A stretch of DNA of 64,000 nt from Andalucia godoyi And28 (GCA_009859145.1 VRVR01000050.1:124001-188000); one strand, 5' to 3'. Shown: positions 1 through 11,337, counted from the first letter of the stretch. Notes: generated from the letters alone by a model not told the origin. Numbers and translations: made by a program.

Positions 1-441
1 AAAGAAAGAGCAAGAAGAAGAAGAAGAAAACGAGAGTGAAGGATAAGGAAGAAAATGAAATGGGGTTTCCCTCGGATTCCAAAAAATGTGGCGGGAATTT
101 GGCGGGAGCAACAATGACAGTTGACATTTGGCAAAGAAATGTTTGGGCATTACCCTGACAAATCCCACGCCTTCCTCTCTGCCTGTCAGTCCTCCTAGAG
201 GCACTGACGTTTCTGACCATTCCCCTAACAGCGGAGTGTCCCCAAGCTTTCATTCATTTTCTTTTGCACCAAAATGCCTGACCCATCAGACCATCACCAC
301 TTCACACATCGACCCAACATTTGATGTTCTCTTCCTTGTCTCTTTGTTCTGTCTGTTCTGGCTTTAATTAACGTTTCTGTTGTTCTTGTGGCGCTGTCTT
401 TTAATTCAATAGTTGTTTCTTTCTTGTAGGTATTGTTGTTT

Positions 442-505
442 TGCTGTTTTGCTGTTTTGCTGTTTTGTGGTATTGTGGTATTGTGGTATTGTGGTATTGT
501 GGTAT
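442..505. repeat. Compound 8-mer tandem repeat (TGCTGTTT)x3 + (TGTGGTAT)x5
   Basis: Directly visible upstream of the 565 ATG. Confidence 0.9.
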
Positions 506-564
506 TGTTTTGTGTTTGAAAGGTTGTTTTTCAGCAGGACAGTAACCAGCAAAGGAAAAAAGTA

Positions 565-1986
565 ATGGGCTCCCAAGAAGATAATCTGGCTAAAATAGCG
601 GCCCTCGAGAATGAACTCAAAAGTCGCGACGTGAAGATTGGCGCATTGGAAGAAGAAAAGTCCGCGATTGAACGGCAGCTTCGTCAGAAAGAGCATGTTC
701 TCGGCTCCGTGTCCCATGACGCTGAAGAGTTCAAGGAAAAGTGTGCGCGTCTCGAAGATGCGAACAAGCGACTTGCAGCGCAAATCAAGACGCTGGAAGA
801 TGACAATAAGACTCTTCGCGAGGTGAAGACAGTGGAGGATACAATTCAGAACCGTGCGAAGACCCGTCCGTCGTCAGGGAGCTCCATTGTTGAGGAGCAT
901 CTGGACACCATATCAAGACTGGAAAATGTGGTTTCTCTCAAGAATCGCGAAATTGAGGGCTTGACTGTGGAGCGGAAGACGTTGCAGAATCTTCTTCGTG
1001 AAAAGGATAAGCAGATTACCCGTATGGATAAGCAGTTGCAGAAGCTCGGAGAATCCCCCGTGGATCTGGCTGCGACGCATGCAAATCAGATCAAGAAGTT
1101 GAAGATGGATATTGTCGAACTTCAGGAGGAAAAACGGACTCTAATGGAGATCCAGCGATTGAAGAACAAGGCCATCGAGAATTTGACGCGTCAGTTGGAT
1201 GAGAAACTCTCCATCGACGAGCATATCCGTGAGCTCAGAGAACAGCTGAAAGCAAAAGAAAAGGAGTCGGAAGCTTTGGAACTTACAAACCTGGAACTGC
1301 AGCGTGCCCACAGGCTGCAGGAATCGGAACTTAGTCGCATCGAGGGAGCTTCGACGGATTCGGCTCTTCGGGCTTTGGAGGCAGACAAGCGCTACCTGCA
1401 GTCTGAGATCAAAAAGCACCAGGATGCGCGCGCGACGTTGGAAAAGACCGTTCGTGCGCAAGCAGTGCGCATTGAGAGTTTGACAAACAGACTCGAAATT
1501 GTTGCTTCTGCTCTGCGTGAGGTGAAGCATTCCCGCAGATCGCTGGGCTCCGTGAATGTTCCGGCAAAGGAGGCGGCGGGATCTGCATCGGACGCGAATG
1601 GAAGCAGTTCTTCGGATGGTTTGGTCGAAGATGAAAAGATCGATGCGCCACTGTATGAGCTTTTGCAAAAAGATGTCGAGGAGCTGAGAGCCAAGCTCGC
1701 TGAGCGCGATGCGTTGTTGGCGGAGAAGGATGAGTCCCTGGAGGCGCTTTCCCGCAACCTGGATATCTTGAGCTCTGCAAGGAGTGCAGATGCAAAGAAG
1801 AGCAAGAAGACCAACGAGGAACTGCAGAAAGAGATCAAGAAGATCCGCGAAGACCTCGCAAGAAGGGAGGACGAGTTTCGAGCAAAGGAAGTGCAACAAA
1901 AGAAGGACAATCAAAAGCTCAGACAAAAACTTGCAAAGAAGGACGATCCGAATTCGTCGACGTTGTCCGAAGTCGCTTCTCCCTAG
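565..1986 (+). CDS. Long coiled-coil protein, MAP70/Lebercilin-like
   Basis: 473-aa ATG ORF, heptad-rich. Segments LENELKSRD, IVELQEEKRTLMEIQRLKNKAIENLT and LEADKRYLQSEI are collinear with my recollection of plant MAP70 blocks (LENEVRDKD, IEICQEENKILDRMHRQKVAEVEKLT, LEERRFLQGEM). Confidence 0.75.
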   Translation: MGSQEDNLAKIAALENELKSRDVKIGALEEEKSAIERQLRQKEHVLGSVSHDAEEFKEKCARLEDANKRLAAQIKTLEDDNKTLREVKTVEDTIQNRAKTRPSSGSSIVEEHLDTISRLENVVSLKNREIEGLTVERKTLQNLLREKDKQITRMDKQLQKLGESPVDLAATHANQIKKLKMDIVELQEEKRTLMEIQRLKNKAIENLTRQLDEKLSIDEHIRELREQLKAKEKESEALELTNLELQRAHRLQESELSRIEGASTDSALRALEADKRYLQSEIKKHQDARATLEKTVRAQAVRIESLTNRLEIVASALREVKHSRRSLGSVNVPAKEAAGSASDANGSSSSDGLVEDEKIDAPLYELLQKDVEELRAKLAERDALLAEKDESLEALSRNLDILSSARSADAKKSKKTNEELQKEIKKIREDLARREDEFRAKEVQQKKDNQKLRQKLAKKDDPNSSTLSEVASP

Positions 1987-2314
1987 GCTGTGAATAGCTT
2001 CTTCCGTTTGGCTTCGTTTTGCTGCCTCCCCCCCCCCCCCTTCTTGAACGCTTGTTTGTTTGTGGCTTGTTCTTTATTAGCGGTGTTCTGCGCCTCGCGT
2101 TTGTCTGTGGCATGTTGCTTGACGTGTGAAGTGTGTTTTTTTGTCACCATGTTTCCGTGTCCTTTCAATGCACTCCGCCAACCCCAAAAAAAAAAAAAAA
2201 AAAAATCTGTACTTTATTCGAGGTGTCTTAATATTATTATTATTATTATTATTAATTTATTTTTCTTTCTTCCTTTTTGTTCCCGAGTTTCAAACATTGC
2301 TCTCTTTTTTCGAA

Positions 2315-4899
2315 TCAGCATTTTGCGTTCGCAGCAAACTCGTAAGAGCGCGAGCGGCGCGTGACCTGGATAACATCGATCTTCTTCTTCGCAGCAAGAA
2401 TTGCAGCAACCCACTGATCACGAATGACAGGGCCTTCTGGAACAAAGAGTGGTATATCCACATTGCCTTTGGCAGAAACAACAGAAACAGTGAAGAAGCA
2501 GTCTGCAACGTCCACCGGTTGTTCGAGATCTGGTGAAAGAAGTTTCTGGCACGCTTTTCCATTCACGTTGGCTCCCTGCACGCACGACACAATCTTTCCG
2601 GAACGTGGAACGGCCTCTCCAACTTTCTTCCAGCAAATGTATCCTGAAAGAGAATCGACAAACACAAGGCGCTCCATTGGCTTTCCCTTGCCTTGCTTAG
2701 AGACCTTGAACAGCTTCTGGCCTTGTGAAGCGAACGTAAGAAGCGCATTTTCAAATTCCGAAAGTCCAAGAAGTCGATTCGATGGCGATGGCGACGCTGA
2801 CAATGAATTTGCATCAGAAGCGGGCTGTGAGGCCTCGTTGGTCGTCTTCACTTCAAGGGCCTGGAGTGGTGTTGCAGACGCTGGTGCGGACGCTGGTGCT
2901 GCTGCAGGTGCTGATGTAAATGCAGAGGCCTCCCCGCTTACTGCAACTGCAGAAACAACAGCAGTTGCATCGTTTTCGTGCAAGGAGTCGATATCGCTAA
3001 TATCGCTCAGGTCATCTCCGTTGGCAGCTTCTCCCGCAGCAACTCTGTCTGCACCAGCATGTTCATTGTCGTCTTCTTCAACTTCCGCTTCGCTTAGCAC
3101 CTCTGCTTCCAATTTTTCAAACTCCTCTAATTCCCTCTGCTGGATTGACTTCTTGTCGCCTGCTGCAGAAGAAACGGAAGACCGGGGAGTTCTGGAACGA
3201 CTACTAATCAAACCCGACTCCTTGCTGCGGGCCGAGTTCGTGGTCGAATTTTGCTTCTTTTTCGGCTTCTGCGCTCCAGATTCTGCACTGTGCTTGGGCA
3301 ACGAGCTCGAGCGCCGAGCAGATACCGGCGGTCTCGGCTTCCGCTGGCTTGGTGGGCGGGGAGTGATGACCGTGTCCGTGTCGTCTGATTTGCGAGACGA
3401 TGCAGCGGTACGCTTCTTAGCACTTGTGGAACGCGTCGACTCTTCACCTTGGGGCTTTCGTGCAGAAACAGGAGGGCCAGCACGAGCCGAATTTGGAACG
3501 CTTGCGCTGGGTGACACGGTGCGTGAAGCAGATCGGGGAGGAGTGTCGGGCCTCCCCCACCCTGTCTTGTCCGTTTTGGTCTTTCGAAGAGCCAGCCGAG
3601 CTTCAGACTCCACAACACGAAGTCGCGCAAGTGTTTCCTCGCGCCGCCGCTTTTCTGCAAGATACGCTGCGCGTTCTTCTTCCTGTTTCCGCGCTCTTTC
3701 TTCCAGCTCCCTCTTCAGTGCAAGCTTCTGGGCCTCCTCCTGATGCTTGAGAAATTCTGGATTTCTTGGCCCGTGAGGCCCTACATCAGTGTTCTCTGCC
3801 CTTGACAAGGTCCTCGCAGAATGGAGCTCCGCGGGTGCACGCGGGGTGCCTGATGAAGAATTGTCCCACTGCACGGAAGAATCTTTGCGAGCGGCAGACC
3901 CCGGTGTCGTCGCCTGACTTTTTCGAGGAACCACCGTATCGACGTCGACTACTCGTGAAGATTCAGAATGGATCTTTCGGGGAGAAGGCTGTCGCGGGGT
4001 GCTGGTCTCGGCTGGCTTGGAGATCTGTCTCTGAATCAACAAACGTGCTTCTTCCGCAACCCGTCGAACCTCCTTCTGGATCAAGGCTCTTCTCCTATCT
4101 TCCTCCATCTTCCTAATGTCCCGAAACATTTTCTCTCTCGCTGCTTCTTCGTATGCCGCAATAGTTCGTAGTCTGTCGCTTCGCTGCGGATCTTCCGGTG
4201 ACAGCATCTTGTCTTCCTTTGCACTTGCATATTCTCCGCTGAGATCCAGTGAGAAAATATCCCGGTCCTTTGAAGGGGATCTTGGAGACGCCTTTGGAGG
4301 CCCCGCTCCGTAGCGTCTTCTGGGACTTGTGCGCCGTTCCGATGGAGAAGGACTCCACTCTTCTGCCTCGCGTTTCATTTCGCGATGTCTTCTTGCAGAC
4401 GTTGCATCCAAGCCTGCAAGCAGCTGGTGAGAATCCCACGATTCTGAAAAGGTCTTGGGCTGGAAAACGTCCTGTCCCCCGCTGATTCCTCCTAGGTTCA
4501 GCTTGAGCTTGAGCTTCAGTTTCTCCAACTCTCTTGCTGCATCGCTTTCTGCAACCTGCAAGAGCTGTGCGGTTTCCGCGGACGAAGGGGACGAGACCTT
4601 CGGAGACGAGGAAGAAAACTTGGACTCAGGAGATCTCGATGCTGAGTTATTGCTTCGCGTTGACACAAAAGCTGAAGGTGAAGCAGCAGTTGAAACCTCA
4701 TCATCGGGTTTCTGGCCATTGAAAGACGATGAATCAACCGTACGAACATTGCCAGAGCCGGTAGAGTACCGATCAAAACTGCTGACAGAAGATGCATCGT
4801 TGTTGTTCCTGTATTTCCCGTTGATCTTCTCGCCACTTTTGTTGTTGTTGTTGTTGCTGCTGCTGTTGTTGTTGTTGCTGTTGCTATTGTTGTTCATAT

Positions 4900-4952
<53 letters not shown>

Positions 4953-5274
4953 TCGTTGTCGTTGTTGCTGCTCGAATGGTCTTTCACATTAATGCCTGGG
5001 CTGCTGACAGACACCGCAGAGCTGGAAGAATCAAACTCGGAAGGGGCAGGCACATTGGAAGTGAAATCGCTGGCAGCTCTAGGATCGTCTGCCTGTCTGG
5101 CCAACGCAGCCGCAATACGTGCTTCACGTTCTCTGCGACGAGCCTCAAGTCTGTTGAAGAAGAACAGAAAGACAGTTAGAATCGGATCGAAAACCGGGCA
5201 AGATCAAAGATCACCAAAAAGAAGAGCGCGTGTTGGACATACCGAGGATCAATAAATGACTCTGTTGTGCTCAT
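2315..5274 (-). CDS. Low-complexity/coiled-coil protein with C-terminal PH-like domain; 2 exons (5274-5243, 5150-2315)
   Basis: The track ORF starts at TTG. Splicing GTATGT(5242)...TCTAAC...CAACAG(5151) gives an in-frame ATG start, MSTTESFIDPRLEARRRERE. The C-terminus GQKLFKVSKQGKGKPMERLVFVD..YICW...RDQWVAAI resembles PLC/Mcp5-type PH domains. Contains Asn and Gly-Asn repeats. Confidence 0.75.
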
Positions 5275-5838
5275 CGGCAGAGAGATTGTTGCGCAAATGG
5301 TATCTGAAAAAATAAAAAGGTTCGTACTTTCCTTCTTTCCTTCTCTCCTTGCGTCTTGCTTGTCTTGTTTCGTTTTGCTGTTAGGAGATTCTGGGTTTGC
5401 CTAATCACGTCTTGCTCCTCTTCTTCTTTCCTCAGACAAAAAGAAAACGATCTCTGTTGCACGTTTGCCGATGCAACGTATGAACCTGAAGACGAGAAGC
5501 CTGAAAACACAAAAACGCTTAAAAACAAGATGGGTACGACTGATTGGGCAACCATCATTCATCGTGGTCCGGTCTTTTGAGTGCGAGCACGGTGTGCCGG
5601 CCCCAGCTGCCAGAAAGACTCTCAAGCAGGTTCAAGATTGTTCTTTTTTGGTCAGATTCGCACGCAGCGTTTCCACTGATCACTGGAGTGGGGGAGGGAC
5701 TGAGGAGTGAAGAATCCAGATGGCCCACCACCACCACTTCGATTTCAAAATCGAAACTTAGGGGGGCAGCTCATTTTTTTTACGTGTATATTCATCACTT
5801 TTGAAACAAAACAATTCTAGCGAAAAAGCCTCTGCCGG

Positions 5839-7014
5839 ATGGAGTGCAAAACACAGAGAGTGGAACGAACAATTGATCAATCAATGGATAATGCAGCATA
5901 TAGATCGTACGACAAAATACCTGAATCTTTGGACGAGGCTCTGAAATGCTTCTCCACTGATGCTGTTCGGAAGCTAAAACATCTGGAATTTGCTGTTCTA
6001 GAAAAAGTCCATGGAGCAAATCTATGCTTCATCGTGAGGAATGGAGAAGACCTCATCGTTTCTGCAAAAAGAAGAGGCGTCATTGGCCGCGACGAACGCT
6101 TTTTCGACCATTGGATTATTGAGGAAAAGCACAGACACTCAATTTTGCTGTTTGCTCGCGCTGCAGAACGGATGGTTTGCGACCTTCAGCAAAAAGGCAT
6201 GTTGTGCAGGGGATTGCGCATGAGTCAAATCAGCTTGTTTGGAGAGATATTTGGCGGCTGGTTTCCGGAAGGGGAACCGCAGAAGAGAGTGGATCCTCCT
6301 CGAACGTGCAAATGCGTACAAAAGGGTGTATACTACTCCAGTACCATTGAATGGACCTGCTTTGATGTTCGAATGGACTTTGAAGACGGCCAGTCTCGAT
6401 GGATGGACTGGGACGCAGCGATGAGCTGTGCCAAGCTTGCACACCTTCCGCTGCTCGAGCCTCTCTTTCGCGGAACACTCAACAACTGCATGCATTTCAG
6501 CAATCGATTTCAGACGACGTTACCAAGGTTGTTCAACATCAATTCAAATTTACCATGGAATTTAGCTGAAGGCGTGATCATAAAGCCAGTCACCGGTTGG
6601 ATGCTCGACGGTCCGTTGTCATTGCTTCCAAGACCAATCGTCAAGCGAAAGATCGACGAATTCGCGGAGGACGGGAGGTATCATGCTGCGGACGGGGAGT
6701 TGTGGGAAGCATCTGCACCGCATCTTGCAGTTCCGGAATGGGCAAGCATCCTTACAGTGTTGGTCAACAAGAACAGGATTGAGTCTGCAGAAAGCAAAAT
6801 AGGAGCTCTGAGCAACGGAAACTTGGAAGAGCTCGCCGATGTTGTCGTTGATGACGTGCTTTCTGCAGTTTACAACGTTCAAGAAACTGCAGAATGGGCA
6901 TCTCGACTTCAGCCAACGGAATGGGAACAGGTTCCTAGAATACTACGAAGCCTTGTCATCCAAGTCTGCACAAATCGTATCAACTCAAGCCTCCCCAGCG
7001 GAAACAAGTCGTGA
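5839..7014 (+). CDS. ATP-dependent RNA ligase, Rnl2 family (T4 Rnl2 / REL-like)
   Basis: Nucleotidyltransferase motifs: I VLEKVHGANL, Ia SAKRRG, III LFGEIFGG, IIIa CFDV, IV AEGVIIKP, V IVKRK. C-terminal NKNRIESAESKIG resembles the Rnl2 C-domain. Intronless; alternative ATG at 5884. Confidence 0.88.
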   Translation: MECKTQRVERTIDQSMDNAAYRSYDKIPESLDEALKCFSTDAVRKLKHLEFAVLEKVHGANLCFIVRNGEDLIVSAKRRGVIGRDERFFDHWIIEEKHRHSILLFARAAERMVCDLQQKGMLCRGLRMSQISLFGEIFGGWFPEGEPQKRVDPPRTCKCVQKGVYYSSTIEWTCFDVRMDFEDGQSRWMDWDAAMSCAKLAHLPLLEPLFRGTLNNCMHFSNRFQTTLPRLFNINSNLPWNLAEGVIIKPVTGWMLDGPLSLLPRPIVKRKIDEFAEDGRYHAADGELWEASAPHLAVPEWASILTVLVNKNRIESAESKIGALSNGNLEELADVVVDDVLSAVYNVQETAEWASRLQPTEWEQVPRILRSLVIQVCTNRINSSLPSGNKS

Positions 7015-7084
7015 TTTCTTCTGCTTTTTGATGCATTTAACGCAGAAAGATATGTGTAAGCCGAGTGCGCACAGATCATGAAGA

Positions 7085-7720
7085 TCACGTGCTGTCGGCT
7101 GGCATCAGAAACTCCGCATTCACCGGTGCGCTTTCAAACCTCGTGGTCGCAGCGCTCAACAAACTTCTGGAATACATTCGGTGGAGTGCAATGGACAGTG
7201 GGCGAGAGGCAGCACCTGTTAACGCGCATTGATAAGATCGCGTTGACGATGCATCCCACATTGCAGTCCCGAACATGACCGAATCGGCGACGCCGTTCTG
7301 CACACGAAATGCATGGTACGAGAATCCCTCATACTTTGAAAAGTTGAAGGACAGCTCTGCTTCAAAGTGTGATCCATTTGAAGATCGGCGGTTCGAGCTC
7401 AGCAAGAAGAGCGCAATGGTATCGTTCGGCGTCCATGAAAGTCCGCGGATCGATTCGTCAGACGACGGATGTCCGGCTACGTGAAGAGCCATTCGTTCTA
7501 TCTTGAACAAGGGAGAAGTGTAAAAGTGCATTAAATATCGATTGAAGTTCGCTTGAGAAGCAGGAAAGGGCCGCGAAAGCTTGAGCTCGAAGCAATCTGT
7601 GTACGGCTTCGTACCGTGCTGATTTGCATAACACTGTTCAAAGTTGAACAGCAGCGGCGCAAGTGAGAGCGACGGCTGCACAGCTCGAACTTGCAGCAAG
7701 CGCGAAACCAGTCCAATCAT
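7085..7720 (-). CDS. Hypothetical protein (FYTSPLFKIER...LHRMYSRSLL), resembles a family of small bacterial/fungal uncharacterised proteins; possible mitochondrial presequence
   Basis: 211-aa ATG ORF with protein-like composition and an Arg/Leu/Ser-rich N-terminus with no acidic residue in the first ~27 aa. Family resemblance is from memory only. Confidence 0.65.
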   Translation of the reverse strand: MIGLVSRLLQVRAVQPSLSLAPLLFNFEQCYANQHGTKPYTDCFELKLSRPFPASQANFNRYLMHFYTSPLFKIERMALHVAGHPSSDESIRGLSWTPNDTIALFLLSSNRRSSNGSHFEAELSFNFSKYEGFSYHAFRVQNGVADSVMFGTAMWDASSTRSYQCALTGAASRPLSIALHRMYSRSLLSAATTRFESAPVNAEFLMPADST

Positions 7721-7965
7721 GGAACTTCTTGGGCGGAAATAGATTCTATGTGTCGCTTGACAGGAGTAGATAACACACCAAAATTATATAGATAGATAGA
7801 TAGATAGAAAACAGGCTGCTTGTTTGTAGAAATCGGTGAAAAAGACAAAGTAGAAAAGGCGGAGAAACCAACACAAATTGGAGGATATTGCGGAGAATTA
7901 GAGTGAGGTAATTCCTTCTTCTTTTTCTTTTTTATTTTATTTACAATCGTAAAAGATGCATAGCA

Positions 7966-8394
7966 TCACAAAACGCTGCAAACGTGACACAGCTGCGTTG
8001 AGGCCCTGCATCGAAAGTGTGGCTGAACAGGCGCCGGAAGCAGCATTAGCCAGAGCTTTTGGCGGCGCGAAAATGCCACGCACTGTTGCTGCAGCTTCTG
8101 CCTCTTTCCAGCCCAAACCACGTATTTCAGATTGAGACGTTCCTTCCCCAACATGTAACATTCATACTCAGTAGACCATTCTGGAACGGACTTGATTGGA
8201 CTGAAAGTTGTTGCTAACTGGGTGAAATCCACTATCAGAAAGGGATAAAACGAAAGAATCCATCGGCTGGTGTGTTGTGTGTCGCGAGTGGGAAAGACAA
8301 CTTGCCAAAAAAAAAGATTCCCCTTCGGTTCTTTCTAATTCGCCACGGACGAACCTTCTGGACTGTCTTTTTGAAGAGCCCCATGAAACGCCAT
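7966..8394 (-). CDS. Hypothetical 124-aa protein; 2 exons (8394-8355, 8300-7966)
   Basis: ATG exon MAFHGALQKDSPE, 54-nt intron GTTCGT...T9GGCAAG, then an in-frame exon VVFPTRD...KLWLMLLP. The phases are compatible. No family recognised. Confidence 0.45.
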
Positions 8395-8655
8395 TTTTGC
8401 GGACACAGCAGTCGAGCGTAAAACTCCATTTTAATTTTTAAAAAACCGGTCCCGTAACGCAGCAAAAATGAAACAGCACACTCATTTTCTTCGGCCCTTG
8501 AGAGGGAAATGCTTGAGCGCATCGAGCGACTCAAGAGACAAACTTTCCATGTTTCCGAGAAGCTTTCATGCTGGTTTGTTTTTTATTCTTGAAAGAACAA
8601 CAACAACAACAACAACAACAACTTTCAGAACAGGTTCTACGAAAACAATCAAAAA

Positions 8656-9044
8656 ATGGCATCAAACGCAGATCGTCTCTTGGGAGGCTCCATGCTTGCA
8701 TTTGCAACTGTTCTTTTCGTCTACTATACTTTCTGGATTATCCTCACCGTATGGCGTTTCTTTTTCAATGTTTTTATATGATTGTTATCTTTTTTTTTCT
8801 TTTTTTTTTTTTGCAGTTTGCAAGCTTTCGCAAAAACGCAGACACAATAGAAGTTTTGCTTACAATTTCCTTGCCGGATTGATTGCATCAGCCGTTCATC
8901 GATGAAGACCACTTCATCCAAGCGTACTTCCCGGCCCGCCACTATGCTATTGTCGTTCCGACAGTCATTGGTGTCGCTGGCGTATCTGCAATTGCGTCTT
9001 TTGTCGGGCTCGTCATGGTACGCTCGGGTTCGAAAAAGAGCTAA
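8656..9044 (+). CDS. DPM2: Dolichol-phosphate mannose synthase regulatory subunit; 2 exons (8656-8748, 8892-9044)
   Basis: Spliced product MASNADRLLGGSMLAFATVLFVYYTFWIILT/PFIDEDHFIQAYFPARHYAIVVP matches the DPM2 signature YYTxWxILxPFID..H.I..YF. The intron is GTATGG...CAG, phase 0. Confidence 0.92.
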
Positions 9045-9740
9045 ACCACACCGAATCACAGAAATCTGACTTTGATCGCAAGAAGTCAAGAATCAATCAG
9101 CAGTGAGCTTGCCTCATCAGCAGTGCCTCATAGGATTAAAGCCTCATCTTTCCCTTGACATGTGTAACCGCCATATAAATGTTTTTTATTGACGCATGAA
9201 TGGGCTTTTTCGCAGTCCGACAATGCTGCGCAGAATACACGGGGTCCATATGTGTGACTGCGAGCTTTCTGGAATTTCAACACAGTCGCGGCTGTAGGTA
9301 GGTCATGGGTAGCTGCAGCACTGGGCAGCTCGTCTCTATTGATCGGTCAAATAGCCGGCCCGCTTTTCTTTTTGAGAAGGGGCGATTTCCTCTCGAGTTT
9401 TTTCAGGTATTTCTTTTGTTATGTGTAGTTTTGTTTTCTTGTCTTTTTGACATCCGCAATCCGCACGTTTTCCGTTTTCCGTTTTCTTTCTTTCCAATTC
9501 TTATTTATTATTGTCTGCTCTTGACCTATCCACCTGGGACGATCTTTTTATTTTGCCTGCAGGTTCGTGTTTTTTTCGGTTTTTTTTTTTTGGGTCTTGA
9601 ATCCCGGTTGTCCGCAGCCAAACCCCGTCGTTTTTTCTTTTTGCTTCATATTGTCGTTTTGTTTGTTTTGTTTGTGTGTTTTTTTGTTTTTTTTTTGTTA
9701 AAAAAGAAGCTGCCAGTCTCCACACAAGAGTCTGAAGAGT

Positions 9741-10832
9741 ATGGGTTGTTCGGGGTCGAAAGAAGAGTCCTCTGCACCACCAGAGACAAAGGATCGGAAC
9801 GAAGCGATTGATAAAGAAATGAAGAAAAAGGCGGCGTCTTCAGATGCGGAAATCAAGCTGTTGTTGCTTGGAGCTGGAGAATCGGGCAAATCCACGATTT
9901 TCAAGCAGCTGAAGATTATTCATATGAACGGATACTCTGCTGAAGAGTGTGCAAAGTACCAGGAGGTAATCCGAATGAACTGCCTCCAGTCAATGCAGGC
10001 GCTGATTGCGGCGTGTGCAAAGATGGACATTTCGATTGAGAATGCAGAAAACAGAGCTCGGGCAGAAACAATCGCACGAATACCGTCTGATCTTGCTGCC
10101 GAGAATCTTGAAAACGTGTTTAACGTGCAGTTTGGAAAGGATCTCGCGGCCTTGTGGAAGGATCCGGGCATCCAAAGAGCCCACATGAGGAAGAGCGGGT
10201 TCCAGTTGAATGATTCTGCCTCGTACTTTTTTGCTTGCGTAGAGCGAGTGTTTTCGGATAACTATGTGCCGACTGTCAAGGACGTCCTCCATGCTCGTGT
10301 GAAGACAACCGGCATCACAGAAATGTGTTTTTCGTATGGTGGTCTGAACTTTAGGCTTGTGGATGTTGGCGGACAAAGATCAGAGAGGAAAAAATGGATC
10401 CACTGTTTCGCGCATGTTACTGCGCTGATCTTTGTGACTTCGCTGTCTGAGTACGATCAAAAATGCTACGAGGACAACACGACGCTTCGAATGAAGGAGT
10501 CTCTGCTGCTTTTTGATGATATGTGCAACAAGCAGTGGTTTGCGGACACACCAATCATTTTGTTTTTGAACAAGACAGACTTGTTCGAGGAAAAACTAGC
10601 GCAGGGGATTGATCTTAAGGTTTGCTTCCCGGATTACAATGGCGGCTTGAATCCAGCAGTTGCTCGCAAATTCCTGGCAGAAAAGTTTGTAGAACTGAAC
10701 AGGAATCCTCGAAAACAGATCTTCACTCATTTCACCAACGCTATGGACACTGAAAATATCAAGTTTGTGTTTCACGCAATCAAGGAAATTCTACTACGAG
10801 ATGCCATCAAGGAAGCGGGTTTTCTCGAGTAA
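9741..10832 (+). CDS. Heterotrimeric G-protein alpha subunit
   Basis: MGC acylation start, GAGESGKST, RVKTTGI, DVGGQRSERKKW, FLNKTD; G5 box reads TNAMDT. Confidence 0.97.
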   Translation: MGCSGSKEESSAPPETKDRNEAIDKEMKKKAASSDAEIKLLLLGAGESGKSTIFKQLKIIHMNGYSAEECAKYQEVIRMNCLQSMQALIAACAKMDISIENAENRARAETIARIPSDLAAENLENVFNVQFGKDLAALWKDPGIQRAHMRKSGFQLNDSASYFFACVERVFSDNYVPTVKDVLHARVKTTGITEMCFSYGGLNFRLVDVGGQRSERKKWIHCFAHVTALIFVTSLSEYDQKCYEDNTTLRMKESLLLFDDMCNKQWFADTPIILFLNKTDLFEEKLAQGIDLKVCFPDYNGGLNPAVARKFLAEKFVELNRNPRKQIFTHFTNAMDTENIKFVFHAIKEILLRDAIKEAGFLE

Positions 10833-11337
10833 AGATGACTGCGAGTTCTGCAACTTTCCCGTCTCCCGGCCACATCTTGTCTGCTACATTGGATGATGAG
10901 GCGCGCACTCTTCGTTCTCTACGAAATAACTCTTCTGGTGTAATTAATTAATCATTAAAAGATCCTTTTGCTTTTTCTTCCGGTTTGCGGGGCAGTGTGG
11001 GCAGCGGTGTCAGCTCAGTGATGGGGGGTGGGGGGTGGGTTTGCTCGCTCCACCCAGCATGTGTGAGCAGAAGATCCCTAACATGTCTGGTCCCCTCCAC
11101 TGTCAAAGACGGACAGCAGCCGTCAACCACACCATTCCCCGAAAACGGTTGAAAAAAAAGAAAAAGAGAAATGAAAATATTTACGCATTCGACTAAAGTG
11201 CTCGAATTCTTGCAATCCACGAACGTTTTGCAACCGCAATTAAGAACACACTGCACACCCATTAGTGCATTGCATACTTATCAGGTGTCACACACCGTTC
11301 TCCACTCCTCCTTTCTCTGGGTTCTGAAATCGAGCAT

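Noticed and set aside
5288-5327. Possible 24-nt intron (GTACGAACC...TTTCAG, minus strand) upstream of the 5274 ATG
   Set aside because: Much shorter than the other introns (54-150 nt), lies in the putative UTR, and cannot be tested by frame; no support without cDNA.
5440-5710. GRF-zinc-finger-like fragment (CEHGVPA...RLFF) on the plus strand
   Set aside because: Needs frameshifts and only 2 of the ligands are visible; too weak.
9254-10860. Short direct repeat TGACTGCGAG flanking the G-alpha gene
   Set aside because: A 10-mer match is expected many times by chance in 64 kb; no other element features.
10948-11262. 104-aa minus-strand ORF MGVQCVLNCGC...
   Set aside because: It runs through an intron-like T-rich tract, I found no consistent splice solution, and no family is recognisable.
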